Shown here piece after piece: positions 1 through 14,874 of a DNA stretch of 64,000 nt (its first letter is position 1; each line of letters starts with the position of its first letter). Made by a program: the position numbers and the translations under genes. Under the pieces are notes generated by a model that saw nothing but the letters and a program-made list of their open reading frames with translations, made no database searches and was not told the DNA's origin. The stretch lies in contig JBODTK010000121.1 of NCBI GenBank assembly GCA_050613775.1, positions 248,001 to 312,000 of the forward strand. Reading direction: 5' to 3'. This stretch comes from Neocallimastix sp. 'constans'. Taxonomy: Eukaryota.

Positions 1-2192
1 TTTATTATTCTATTTATTTTTTATTATTTTTATTACTATTATTATTAATTTTTTAAATATAGAAAAGAATAAGAATATTAAATACTTTTAAAATGATATA
101 AATATATTTTATATTAATAAAAGCATTGATTAATGAAAATTAAAAAAATTATGATTATTAAAATTATCTTTAATAAAGTATTTTTATGTATTTGTATTGA
201 TGTTTTAAATTGACTTTAATTATTTTTAATAAATAAATTATAAACTGGTATAATAAATACTATTTATTTTTGATTTTATTAATTTATTTATTTATAATTA
301 CTGTTTTTTTTTGTTTAAATAAAAAGTTTTTAAAACATATATATTATTTTATTGATAAATATACACTTTTATTTTTTAAGATATCAATAAAATAATTTTC
401 TTTTCTATAATAAAAAATTTTTTTGATTATTAATTTTATTTTTAGGTTTTATTATATAACATGATTATTTTTTTTTTATATTTAATCATTAATTTTAAAC
501 TTTTAAAAATATTATAATTTTAATTAACGCTTATTATCATAAATATATCTTATTGAATTAATACATATTATTTTTCTCAATGTTCAATATGAGTTATGAA
601 TAATAAGTATAATTATAATTATAGTATTATATATTTATAAATAATTGAAATTTAAAAAAAAAAATATATATATATATATATTTTTTCCCTCTTAAAAGTT
701 ATATTAATTTGTAATTTTGTTTTAAAAGAAAAAAAAAGATGATTGATTTATTTTCAATTATTTATCTATTAAAATTTTATTATTTATTTATTAATTCATT
801 TTATTATCTATGTTGTTTATTTTATTTTAAATTATTTTTTAATTTTATTTTAATGCCTTTTATTTATGTTTATTATTATTTTTTTTTTAACTTGGCATTT
901 CTATTTCTATTTTTATTTTATTTTTATTTTATTTTAATTTTTATTTTAATTTTTATTTTAATTTTTATTTTTGTTTTAATTTTTATTTTTATTTTTATTT
1001 TTATTTATTTATTTATTAATTTTCTTTTTTTTTCTTTTCTTCTTTTTATTTTTAAAAAGAAAAAAAAAAAAAAAAAAAGAATTTTTTATATTAATAAAAA
1101 TTATTAAAATCTTTTTTAACAAAATTCAAATTTATTAATTATTATATATAATTCAAAATATTATAATTCTTTGCCTTAATATTTTTATCCATATTATAAA
1201 TGAAGTTTTTATTAATGTTATATGCTGTTTTACATTATAAAAATATATACAAAAAAAAAAAAAGATAATAAATGTAATTATATTTATTATATATATAATA
1301 AATATATTTTCATAATTTTGATATATATTTAAAAATATATTTTAAAAAATGAAAATAAGATTTTTTTAATTTAAAAAAAAAAAAGATTTTATTTAATATT
1401 AAGTACTAATATTTAATTAATATATCATATTGTATAGTGTAATATTTATAATTAAAGTATTATTATTATTTATTTATTATATATTCTATTACATTATATA
1501 CTACTATGATATGGAATAAGAAATAAGAAAAGTTTTATTATTTAATATACTTTTTTTATAATAAAAATAATAAAATTTAATTTTTATTAATTTAAAATTC
1601 ATTAATATTAAATTTGTGTAACAGTTCGATTAAAATATGATTAACCTTTCTATTAGAAATTAATAAATGAACAATAAAAACAAATCAACACAGAAAAAAA
1701 TTTAAAAAAAAAAAATGTTGTAACAAAATTAAAAAATTGGGAAATAAAGAGGAGGAATTTTTTTTAAAGTTATAATTGATTATTATTATATTAAGTTAGT
1801 TTTTATTTTTAAATATAAATAAATTTTAAATGTTAGTTTAAATATATATATATTATTAAATTAGATATACCGTTTTTACAAATAAATATAAAAATTTAAG
1901 AAATATTGTTCTTCATTTTATAATGTAATTTCTATAATTGAAAAAATAGATGAATATTTTTATAGAAATTTTAATAATAAAATAATTTATATTAATAGAA
2001 ATGGTTACGTTTAAATTTTTATTTTTATTATTATAAAAAAATATTTAAATAATAGAAGAAAAAAAAAAAAACAATGGTAGGTACAAACAGTAATTATATG
2101 TTTATTACTATAATATATTTAATTAGCTATTAACTACTTTATGATATTATATTATTTATTATTTTTAAATGAATAAGCTAAATTTAATAATT

Positions 2193-2223
<31 letters not shown>

Positions 2224-2883
2224 TTAGTTTAATCTCTTAATATTAATACCCTTTATTATTATAATAATAGTATAGTAATAAATATTAATATTAGATATGA
2301 TAAAAAATATCGTTTTTTATAAATAAAAAATTAATTTATATTAATGTGCCATGTGATAATAATAATAATAAAATTTTCTATATATTAATAAAGAGAAATT
2401 ATATAACATAACATTACTCATTCCTTTCATTATATTTTAATATTAAAAGATATAATAAATGAATAATGGTATTATATTATTAAAAAATATTATTTTATTT
2501 TATTATTATCATTGTTATTATTTTTTTTAACATATAAATAATGAAAATATGATTATAATTATTTATTCATATAGTTGTTGATATAAAATTTTGTAAAGTT
2601 TTGAGATAACAATTTATTTTTATACAAATATTGAATGAAGAAAAGTAAACTCTATACAAAATTTTAAAAAAATAATACAATAAATTAATATGTTAATAAA
2701 AAAAAAAAAAAAAAAAACTATATATAAAATATAAAAATATTAGAAAAATATTTTTATCTTTAAAAATGCTTTAATAAATATGAAAGACTTTTGTTATACA
2801 TATTAAATTAATATGGTGAAAATACTCTGTACAATAATAATAATTAGATTAAAATATTATTATTAAAATAATTAATTATAATA

Positions 2884-2919
<36 letters not shown>

Positions 2920-3825
2920 TTATTTTATTTTATATTATAATTTTATTTTTATTTTAATTAAATATAATTTATTTTTATTTATTTGTAATTATTATTAGTA
3001 TATATTTAATTATAATTTTAACTTTATTTTATTCAGTCTGCATTTTATCTTAAAATTTTAACTATTTATTCAAATTCTACTTAATATAAAATTTTAGTTT
3101 AGACATTAACATTGTATGGTTCTAAATACAACTGTAGATTAATATATAATTATTTTAGGACTATAGGGTCAAATTATTATCGTAAAATTTTATGAGATAT
3201 TCCCATTGCATTTAATAGAATATTCTGAGCTTAACTAAGTTAGGACTTACATATGAGTCAAGTATGGTTAACAGTTTGGTTCCACTTGATTTGAGAGGAG
3301 TGTAACATTGATCTACAAGTTCTTTAAGAAATAATATGTAGTAAATTCTTAATGAATGGTTTATATCATAATATGTCAATATATAATGCTATTCATTTTA
3401 GAAATTTATTTTAAATATATTTATATAGTTATATTTTAGAAGGCAAATTTTATTTATTATATTTCTTTAATTATACACAAAGGTGTTTTTTATTTTTCTT
3501 AAGATTATCAATTCTTTTATACATGTAAATATTATTTAATATAAATTTATTCATTATAATTGGTTAATATATAATGAACTTATTTTTATCTTCTAACATT
3601 ATGATATATATGCAATAATTTTACTATATCCATTTTACTAATTTTAACATTTTTTATATACTTTGATATACACTACAATTAATGTATTTAAAATATGTTT
3701 AATTATATAATTAATAAATAGTTAATAGCAATAAATAATTTACTTTATATATATATATATTTTTTTAAAAAAAAAAAAGAAAAAGAAAAAGAAAAAAGAA
3801 AATAAAAATAAAAAAAATAAAATAA

Positions 3826-4975
3826 ATAGTGAAGTAGTATAAAAGAGTGAAGTATTAAAAATGATAAAATAAAATAAGTAGTAAAATAACATAAAAGAGT
3901 AAAGTACTAATAAAAATAAAATAAAATAAATAGTGAAAATGAGTAAAGTATTAATATAAATAAAATAAAATAAAATAAAATAAATAGTGAAAATGAGTAA
4001 AGTATTAATATAAATAAAATAAAATAAAATAAAATAAATAGTGAAAATGAGTAAAGTATTAATATAAATAAAATAAAATAAAATAAATAGTGAAAATGAG
4101 TAAAGTATTAATATAAATAAAATAAAATAAAATAAAATAAATAGTGAAAATGAGTAAAGTATTAATATAAATAAAATAAAATAAAATAAAATAAATAGTG
4201 AAAATGAGTAAAGTATTAATATAAATAAAATAAAATAAAATAAAATAAATAGTGAAAATGAGTAAAGTATTAATATAAATAAAATAAAATAAAATAAAAT
4301 AAATAGTGAAAATGAGTAAAGTATTAATATAAATAAAATAAAATAAATAGTGAAAATGAGTAAAGTATTAATATAAATAAAATAAAATAAATAGTGAAAA
4401 TGAGTAAAGTATTAATATAAATAAAATAAAATAAATAGTGAAAATGAGTAAAGTATTAATATAAATAAAATAAAATAAATAGTGAAAATGAGTAAAGTAT
4501 TAATATAAATAAAATAAAATAAATAGTGAAAATGAGTAAAGTATTAATATAAATAAAATAAAATAAATAGTGAAAATGAGTAAAGTATTAATATAAATAA
4601 AATAAAATAAATAGTGAAAATGAGTAAAGTATTAATATAAATAAAATAAAATAAAATTAATAGTGAAGTAGTATATTAGAGTAAAGTATTAATGAAAATA
4701 AAATAAAATAAATAGTAAAGTAATATAAAAGAGTAAAATATTGATAAAAATAAAAGAAATAGAAAAATAGAAAAAATAAAATAAATAGTGAAGTGATGTA
4801 AAAGAGTAAAGTATTAATAAAAATAATATAATAGTAAAGTAATATAAAAGAGTAAAGTATTAATAAAAATAATATAAATAGTAAAGTAATATAAAAGAGT
4901 AAAGTATTAATAAAAATAATATAAATAGTAAAGTAATATAAAAGAGTAAAGTATTAATAAAAATAAAATAAAAAT
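3826..4975. repeat. Minisatellite array; core of 15 GTGAAAATGAGTAAAGTATTAATATAAAT(AAAAT)n units with 54/49/44-bp periods, flanked by related degenerate units
   Basis: Core starts at 3933, 3987, 4041, 4090, 4144, 4198, 4252, 4306, 4350, 4394, 4438, 4482, 4526, 4570, 4614. Confidence 0.95.
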
Positions 4976-5830
4976 AAAACAAAATATAGTAGAATAAATT
5001 GAATGTCCTTTTTTTTTTTTTTTTGATTTTCCCTTTTATGCCTGAAAGTAGATAATTATTATAATTAACTACAATAAGTAGCCTCGATGTGATCCAATTC
5101 CTAGGAAAGACTAATAAATTCAAGATTTTCCCTTTAAGGTATGATCAAGTAGGTGTCTTTGATGGTGATCTCCTTATTAAATAAAAGATACTCAAAAGCA
5201 TAACTAAAATTTTTTGTTATTGTATAATTTTTTTTTCTTTTTTGTTTGTTGGAAGAGAATTTTAATATATAACTATAAACTATAAATTATATGGTAAATT
5301 AATTCTTTTTTTTTTTTTTATTTAAGAGTTTTTTTTATTTTATATATTAGGATAAAATGATAACTTTTAAATAAAATTAAGTAGAATTTTTTTTTCTTGT
5401 TTGCATGTTTGAAGAGAATATCAATATATAACTACAAAATATAAATTATATGATAAATTAATTCTTTTTTTTTTATTTCATATATTAGAATAAAATGATA
5501 ACTTTAAAAAAAAATAAAGTAGAATTAACTATTATAAAAGAAAAATTCATAAATTCAAAATGATATAGAATATTTCAATATTTAATTTATTATAAATCTG
5601 TATAATCTATAGTAAATACTAAAGTAAAAATATTTGAATAAAAAAAAATATTTTTTTTTTTTTTTTTAAATGAGTTTCTTTTATTTTGTTATTATAATAT
5701 TAACAAATATAAGTTTAATATTTTAGAAATGAATAAAAAGCAAATATGTATATAAAACACTATAAATAATTAAATATTGTTAATGCATTAATATAAATCA
5801 CATTTATTATATTAAAAAACAACTTTTAAA

Positions 5831-5873
<43 letters not shown>

Positions 5874-6089
5874 GTTTTTATTATTTATTTATTTTTTGTA
5901 CAGTTATTTTATTTTATTATTCTTTTAATTTATAAAAATTACATTTACATATACTTTAAACTTTTTAATATTACTTTTAAATTATATATATATAATATTA
6001 TCATATAAAAATTTAGATAATTAAAAAATCTTTAAATATGTACATATATATTTATATATATGCATTTCATTGAGAGAATTTAGTAATAA

Positions 6090-6356
6090 TATGTAGTAGA
6101 TTTATTAATAATATTTTTCAATCATCTACAAAGAGCTTTCTTTTCTGATTTTATTTTTTATGGGACATGAGAAATTCCTTATTAAAATTATGCTAATTGT
6201 GATTAGTGATTTATACACTATGATTAATATCATTAGACATTATCAAAAGTGTAGAAATCGAAACGATAAGCTAAAAAAGAACTTCTGATAGAGATTCGAA
6301 TGATTATATTAATCCATAAAGAGCTATCATCAATGAATGAGAAGAGTTAGAGGCCT
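6090..6356 (+). repeat. Dispersed decayed coding-derived repeat, copy 1
   Basis: Aligns by eye to the reverse complement of 29508-29795 (ATTGTGATTAGTGATTT...CACTATGAT; GAG(C/T)TATCATCAATGAATG(A/G)GA(A/G)GAGT). Confidence 0.7.
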
Positions 6357-6680
6357 AAATATATTTTTATTAATTTTAATATAAAAAAATTCATGCAATT
6401 TTTTTTATGTATTTTTTCAATCAATACTTATAAATAAAGTTTATCCAAAAAAAGGTAATAATACGTAATTTTCAGGTGATTAATAAATCAATAATTTATA
6501 AGAGTATTATAATTTTAATTTCATGAAATAAGGATAATAACAAACCATTTTGATAAAAGAAATTATATTATTTGTTTATCATGAAGAATTTTATAATTAA
6601 AAGTAATAAATAATAATTAAAATTTATCACTAATTTAAAGAAAATCATTAAACAAAATTTAATAATTAACATTTTAATAA

Positions 6681-6747
<67 letters not shown>

Positions 6748-6814
6748 GTAAACAAATAAACAATTAAATTATTTATTGATCATACTCAATAATAATAAAA
6801 TAATAATAAATAAA

Positions 6815-6846
<32 letters not shown>

Positions 6847-7124
6847 TAATAAATAATAAATAATAAATAATAATAATAATATATGTAACGATAGTAAAAA
6901 TAACAATAATTGATATATATACTTTTATATATAAAATATAAGACTTTTCACATAATACTGATTTTAACGAAGAGAAAAAGGTGTAATATTTTATGTATTA
7001 TATTATTATAATAAGTATAATTATTTCAATATTCCGTTTAGTATAAATAATATAAAATTAATTGTCATAACTGAATCCTATTTGTAATAATATTCATAAT
7101 TAAAGAACTATAAAAAAAATTAAT

Positions 7125-7292
7125 TTATTAATAAAACAAATACAAAAACAAAAACAAAAATTAAAATAATTGAAAACCATCTATATTTTATAAAATTATA
7201 ATAAATACTTATTAATAAAACAAATACAAAAACAAAAACAAAAATTAAAATAATTGAAAACCATCTATATTTTATAAAATTATAATAAATAC
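7125..7292. repeat. Tandem duplication, unit about 83 bp
   Basis: TTATTAATAAAACAAATACAAAAAC...GAAAACCATCTATATTTTTATAAAATTATAATAAATAC occurs twice. Confidence 0.88.
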
Positions 7293-9427
7293 TTCAAAAA
7301 AAATATATATATCTATATATATTTATCAATATATTTTATTTTATTTTATTAAAATTTCATAAAATGATGATTTACAAAAAAATAAAATAAATAAAAATAT
7401 TTTAAATTTCAAATATCATTACATAATTTTAAAAATTTTTTTTTTATTTAAAGATATTACTTTTCATATTTTTTATATTAATATATAAATCATATTTTAT
7501 TATTTTTATTAAAATAATTAGAAATTTTATTGATTAACTTTTTTAACATTAATATATGATCAAAGTTTAAAATTTTTATTTTTATTAATCATAATCATTA
7601 TTATTCATGGGACTAAAAGTTTAAAAAAAAGAAAAAAAAAAGATTATAAAACTGAGTATAAAAATGATGTTTATTCATATATTATATTATTTATATCCTA
7701 TATATAATTGAAAGTAATTAAATATACAAAATTACTATTTTTATATAGACTGAAATAGTTTAAATATATAAAGTTTTAATAATATTTAAAAAAGTTATTT
7801 ATAAAAAAGTTTTTTTTTAACATTTATTTTGAATAACAAAGAAAAAAAATTATTCAATATAGATAATAATATCTATTTATTTTTTATTTAACATTTAAAC
7901 TATACTATAATTTTATTATTTATTTCTTAACTATTTTATATTAAAAATTTTTATTCATTAAATATTATATTTCTATATAAATATAAATAAAAAGATATAT
8001 AGGATAAATATATATATTATAGAATCATTTCTTTATTAAAAATTAATTTGGTTAGTTACAGTTATTAAATGAAAAAGAGAAGTTAATATTTGAAAATAAA
8101 AAGGCTTTATTTTAATTACCTAAAAATTCTCAATTATCCTATTCAAAAAAAATAAATAATATAATCTTCCATTTAATTTATATAACCTTGAACTAATATA
8201 TTTAATATATTTTTGATATTAATTACAAATTATTTATATCCGATTTTTTATTTTTTTAAAAAAGAAATTATTTAAATTAATTAAAATTAATTAAACTGTA
8301 AATATAAATTTTAAAAAATTTTAAATTTTCAATTGAAATAGTTTTCCAATATCCTCATCCTATATATCCTATTTAGTACAATGTAAATATCAATAATAAA
8401 TTAATTATTAATTAAAATATAATTTTGTGGATTACTAAAAAAAATAAGTAATAAATAATAAATAATAAATATATATAAATAATAAATAATAAATAATAAA
8501 TAATAAATAATAAATAATAATAAATAATAAATAATAAATAATAAATAATTGAATAATAAACAATAAATAATAAATAATTGAATAATAATAATTGAATAAT
8601 TGAATAATAAATAATAAATAATAAATAATAATAATAATAAAATAATAATTATAGTAATAAATAAAAATAAATAAAAATAAATAAAAGTAAATAAAAGTAA
8701 ATAAAAATAAATAAAAGAAAGTAAATAGAAATAAATAAACAAATTAATAAGTAAATAACAAATAAATATAATAAGTCTATATATAATTAAAATTTAGTCC
8801 ACTTTCCATTTTAATATTGAATTACCTGCTTAGTTTACTAACAATAAAAGAATAAAAGAACTCTCCATTTTTTATAATTTTTCATTATTTTAAATATAAA
8901 CAATTATTATATATTAATTTATGTATGTATTAAATTTTTATTATAATAATATTTATTTATTTTAGGAAAATTATTTGTGAGATTCAAGTGATTTAATTGT
9001 TATATTAAATATTCTATAATTTTCCTATAATCTATTCCATAATAGTATTGATATATTTTTGTAATATTAATTAACCATATAAAGTAATTTTAAATTATAA
9101 AAATTGTTATATTTGTTATAAATTAATAAATAAAAATTAAATACAATAATTAATAATATAAAAATAAAAATTAAAATATTAAAAATTGCTTGTAATAACA
9201 ATAGCCTTTAATAAAAATAAATAATAAATAATAAATGAATAATAAGTAATAAGTAATAAATAAATAATAAATAATAAATAATAAAAAATAATAAATAATA
9301 AATAATAAATAATAAATAATAAATAAATAATAAATAATAAATAATAAATAATAAATAATAAATAGATAAATAAATAATAAAAAAAAGAGTATTTATTAAT
9401 AAATAATAATAAATAATAAATAATTGA

Positions 9428-10031
9428 ATAATAAATAATAAATAATAAATAATAAATAATAAATAATAAATAATAAATAATAAATAATAAATAATAAATA
9501 ATAAATAATAAATAATAAATAATAAATAATAAATAATAAATAATAAATAATAAATAATAAATAATAAATAATAAATAATAAATAATAAATAATAAATAAT
9601 AAATAATAAATAATAAATAATAAATAATAAATAATAAATAATAAATAATAAATAATAAATAATAAATAATAAATAATAAATAATAAATAATAAATAATAA
9701 ATAATAAATAATAAATAATAAATAATAAATAATAAATAATAAATAATAAATAATAAATAATAAATAATAAATAATAAATAATAAATAATAAATAATAAAT
9801 AATAAATAATAAATAATAAATAATAAATAATAAATAATAAATAATAAATAATAAATAATAAATAATAAATAATAAATAATAAATAATAAATAATAAATAA
9901 TAAATAATAAATAATAAATAATAAATAATAAATAATAAATAATAAATAATAAATAATAAATAATAAATAATAAATAATAAATAATAAATAATAAATAATA
10001 AATAATAAATAATAAATAATAAATAATAAAT
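9428..10031. repeat. Heptamer satellite (AATAAAT)n, about 600 bp
   Basis: Uninterrupted 7-bp period; gives the spurious YYLLFII ORF on the minus strand. Confidence 0.97.
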
Positions 10032-11991
10032 ATTTATTTTATTATAATAATAATTAATAATAAATAGAAAATAAAAATATTTGTGTAACATACTTTGGAA
10101 ATCCAATCATTAATGTAATAATCCATAAGATGAATTGCCCAATCATTAATTAAAATATTATTCATAAGACTTTTTATAAATGAATGAAATTTAAATTTTT
10201 TATAAAATTAATATATTTTATAATATAATAATAAAATTTTTTTGAATAAAATCAATATATTTTATAATATATTAATAAAGTCAATGATTTAATAAGAGTG
10301 TATTGCCAATATATATTGAATTTGATTTAGAATATTATATATTAAAATAAAGATTACTAAGTAAATAAATTAAATAAACATTAATTAAAATCAAAAATAT
10401 AAAAAAAAAAAAAAAAATTAAACTTTATCTTTTTGTAAAAATTTGTTAATATTTGAAGAAAAATTAAAATGTAGTGATTATTCTATTAAATTATAAAACT
10501 CTCCCTCTTTTTTTTTTAGAACTTAAAAGCTATAATTATAGATAATTAAATAATAATTGACTTCAGTTATTGAAATAGTTGCAGTGTATAATTAGAGATA
10601 TTTTTAACTTTATCATAATACCATTTAATATTTTTTTTGTTAATCTAATAAAATATGCTTTTATATAAAATTTAATAATATAATAATATATTAAATATTA
10701 ACTAAAGATTTTATATATATCTAAATATACTATTTAAGTACTATTTTGGAAGTTGTATAAATAACGAACGTGTTGGTTTAATATAATTATAAAACTGTTA
10801 ATAATACAAAACAAACCTAATGCTAAGACAATATATTGAATATTTAAAATAAATATTCTTAAAATAGCTAAATTATCACCAATGCTTATTATTTTATTCA
10901 TATCGTATACTTTATAAAATATTTATTATATCAATTAATAACTTTTAATTGTAATAAATATTAATAAGATTATTATAATCAATATTAATAAATAAATAAG
11001 AACTAATAATAATGATATAAATAATTATAAATATTGACAATAATATTAATAATTTAGAAAAAAAAGATAAAAATAAATGTGAAGGAATAAATATATAAAG
11101 AGATAAAGAGAAATATCAATAATATTAATATATAATGATATTATGATATTCATAAGCTTAAATTACCTTTATAATATTTTAATGATTTATATAATAAATG
11201 ATTGTGTATTATTATTATTATTATTATTTGTTATAACAAATATAACTTTTTTATCCCTTTTTTAAACATTCGCTAATTAAGGAGGTTTTTTAAGGAATTT
11301 TTTGAAATTCGGATCTTTTTTTATTTGTTAATTTTTAATTTTATTTCAAAATATCCTATTAATAATACACAAATCAATATATTTGTACATATATTAATAA
11401 TAAACTTTTAAAAAACTCGACTTAGTATTCTTTTAAAGTTTATTATTATATAATTGAAAATATTGATAATTTATGGATAATTATATTGCAATATAATCAT
11501 TTATTAAATAAAAAGTTCATCATTTTTATATTTTTTTAATTTTGATTCGATGCTTAAATTATCTTTTTGTTTTTTTATAATAAAATATATTATATAATAT
11601 AATATATATATTTATTAAATAGAGAAATTATATGCATATATATACACATATATTACTTTTAATGTGTATCATATGTTATTCTATACTGTAATAATTTAAA
11701 AATTCAATTTATTTTTATATTTTTTACTAATTCATGTTTTGAACTTTATATGATATTATTAACTATTTCAGCTGTTCTTTTAAGGGGGAAAATTGATGGA
11801 AAATTTTTATTTTTTATTTGAATTTCAAATTTTTATTGGGTATTGTCATATGGAATTATTATTGTTGTTTTAAACAATTATATAATTATAGTATATAAAT
11901 AAATAAACACATAAACAAATAAATAAATAGATAAATAAATAATAAAAAAAAGAGTATTTATTAATAAATAATAATAAATAATAAATAATTG

Positions 11992-12560
11992 AATAATAAA
12001 TAATAAATAATAAATAATAAATAATAAATAATAAATAATAAATAATAAATAATAAATAATAAATAATAAATAATAAATAATAAATAATAAATAATAAATA
12101 ATAAATAATAAATAATAAATAATAAATAATAAATAATAAATAATAAATAATAAATAATAAATAATAAATAATAAATAATAAATAATAAATAATAAATAAT
12201 AAATAATAAATAATAAATAATAAATAATAAATAATAAATAATAAATAATAAATAATAAATAATAAATAATAAATAATAAATAATAAATAATAAATAATTA
12301 AATACTAAATAATAAATAATAAATAATAAATAATGGAATAATGAAATAATATATATAATAAATAATAAATAATAAATAATAAATAATAAATAATAAATAA
12401 TAAATAATGGAATAATGAAATAATATATAATAAATAATATATAATAAATAATAAATAATAAATAATAAATAATAAATAATAAATAATAAATAATAAATAA
12501 TGGAATAATGAAATAATATATAATAAATAATAAATAATAATTAATAATTAATAAATAATA
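11992..12560. repeat. Second heptamer satellite (AATAAAT)n with a degenerate tail containing TAATGGAATAATGAAAT variants
   Basis: Perfect 7-bp period to about 12297, then variant units. Confidence 0.95.
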
Positions 12561-12675
12561 ATAAGTAATAATAAATAATAAGAGTATTTATTAATGAATA
12601 ATAAATAATAATTAATTAATAATAAATAATTAGATAAATAAATATTTAATACATCAAAAATTTACATATTAAAGT

Positions 12676-12708
<33 letters not shown>

Positions 12709-13153
12709 CATAAATAAAAGAAAATTATTATTGAAATTGTAACAAATAGAATAAATTAATTAATAAATTAATATTTTATTTCTATATGTTGTATATATTA
12801 AAATATATTACGTACTACTAAGTGAAAATCAATACATTTTATATTGTGTCATATATTATAACATTTTTTAACATTATTAAAATATAATTTTAATTTTTAA
12901 ATATTATTAAAATTAATTATATTATGAAAAAATAATTAATTTTAATATTATTAATTATTTTCAATTCTAAAAGCTACAAATATTAAAAAAAAAAAAAAAA
13001 CATATAAAAGAAAATAATTTCGCGTGAAAAAATTTTTTCTAACAACAAACCTTGTAACTTTTTTTTATATAATTATAATTATTAAAAAAAATTATCAATT
13101 TTTTTATATAATTAATTTTTTTGAGGAAATTTTAATTATACAAATAAGTTAAA

Positions 13154-14874
13154 ATGGAAAAGCCTTTCGATATTAACGCTCTTCGTGAAATTCTTCACCA
13201 AAACCCTTCTCAAGTTAATGGTAAATATACCTACAGAGAAATTGACGAAAGTACTGTTTACTCTGAACTTGAAGACGTTTTTATCCTTAGTCCACAAGTA
13301 AATATTATATATTTTAAATAAATATGTTATTTAAATTAAATATTAGAGATAAAATAAAATAAACAATTAAAAAAAAAAATAATTGAAGAAAGAAAGATTT
13401 AGTAGTAATTTAATAAAACAAATATTTATTAAAGTTAAATGAGTAATAAAAAATTGTATAAAAAAGTTAGAACATATTGGAAAAATACAGAATAAAAAAA
13501 AAAAAGTATTGTTAAGAATTAATTGAATGAAAAATTAATATATTTTTTTTTTTTTTTTTTTTTTTATAATTGTTTGTGAATAAAAATTTTTAGAGATTAC
13601 GTGATATTTGCAAGGTTTTCGTTAAGGAAATGGAAAATGGTTTAAAGAGTGATGATTGTACCTTAAAGATGATTCCATCTTTTGTCACCAACCGTCCAAC
13701 TGGTAAGGAAGTCGGTACTTACCTTGCTCTTGATCTTGGAGGTACTAATTTCCGTGTTTGTGAAATTAATTTAGAAGGTCAATCTAAGGTTAGACTTAGA
13801 GCCAAGAAGTTCACTATTCCAGATTCTGCTAAGACTGCCGATCAATCAGTTCTTTTCGATTTCTTAGCTGAATCAATTGCTATTTTCATAAAGGAATACA
13901 ATATCAACACTGAAAACGATATTAACCTTGGTTTCACTTTCTCATTCCCAGTTCAACAAACTGCCTTAAACAAGGGTACTATCTTATTATGGAACAAGGG
14001 TTTCAACTGTGCCAACTCTATTGGTAAGGATGTTGTTACTCTTTTATCTGAAGCTTTAAATCGTAAGCAATTGAAGGTTAATGTTGTTGCTTTAGTTAAC
14101 GATACCGTTGGTACTCTTATGTCCCATGCTTACGTTGACCCAGGTACATGTGTTGGTGTTATTCTTGGTACCGGAACAAACGCTGCTTACGTTGAATCTG
14201 CTGATGCTATTCCAAAGTGGAAAGGTGGACCAATTAAGTCTAATGAAATGATCATCAACTCCGAATGGGGAGCATTTGATAACGAAAGAAAGGTTCTTCC
14301 ATGGACTAAATATGATCAACAACAAGATGAACAATCTACTAACCCAGGTAAACAAACCTACGAAAAGATGATCTCTGGTATGTACCTTGGTGAAATTGTT
14401 CGTTTAGTTTGTAAGGATCTTATTGAAAGAAAGATTCTTTTCGGTGGTATTAGCTCTACTGAAATGGATACTCCAGGAAAATTCGAAACTGCTTACATGT
14501 CTCGTATTGAAAGAGATCATACTGCTGATTTGACTGATACTAAGATGGTTCTTCAAGAAATCTTAAAGATTCCATACGTTGCTCCACGTGATCGTCGTAT
14601 TGTCCGTCGTATCTGTGAACTTGTTGCCATCCGTGCTGCTCGTCTTGCTGCTTGTGGTGTTGCTGCTGTTGTTACTAAGATGAACCGTGTTGACACTGGT
14701 TGTACTGTTGCCATTGATGGTTCTGTCTATGAACATTACCCACACTTCGACAACAGAATGAGAGATGCTCTTCACGAACTTTTCGGTATGTTCTCTGAAA
14801 ATGTTTCTCTTCAATTAGGTAAGGATGGTTCTGGTATTGGTGCTGCCGTTATTGCTGCTCTTGCTGACAAATAA
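13154..14874 (+). CDS. HXK: Hexokinase (fungal hexokinase/glucokinase family), 2 exons: join(13154..13297,13594..14874), 474 aa
   Basis: Hexokinase motifs LALDLGGTNFRV, LGFTFSFP, VNDTVGT, GVILGTGTNAAY, INSEWGAF, YEKMISGMYLGE, DGSVYE and DGSGIGAA. The upstream exon ATG 13154 (MEKPFDINALREIL...FILSPQ, 48 codons) ends at a GTAAAT donor. After the TTTTTAG acceptor (13593), RLRDICKVFVKE joins in frame to the tracked ORF start at 13630. Codon usage (GGT, CGT, AAG, GCT) is strongly biased in both exons. Confidence 0.96.
13298..13593 (+). other. Spliceosomal GT-AG intron of the hexokinase gene (296 nt, phase 0)
   Basis: GTAAAT donor, AT-rich body, long poly-T tract and TAG acceptor; splicing restores a continuous hexokinase frame. 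Confidence 0.9.

Noticed and set aside
739..1107. Short F/I/L/Y-rich ORFs (also 4860, 8401, 19910, 21282, 25330, 26408, 37191, 42961, 50181, 58031)
   Set aside because: Stop-free by chance in T-rich or A-rich low-complexity DNA; no domain motifs or codon bias
3930..4660. CRISPR-like appearance of regularly spaced repeats
   Set aside because: The intervening sequence is only (AAAAT)n rather than unique spacers; eukaryotic context and no cas genes
9396..10106. 236-aa ORF of YYLLFII repeats
   Set aside because: Translation of the (AATAAAT)n satellite on the minus strand; no coding signal
14092..14814. Antisense ORFs inside hexokinase, and those antisense to the 7TM genes and TE fragments (24003, 34215, 34734, 16304, 53363, 54113, 56806)
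   Set aside because: Shadow frames of real coding sequence on the opposite strand
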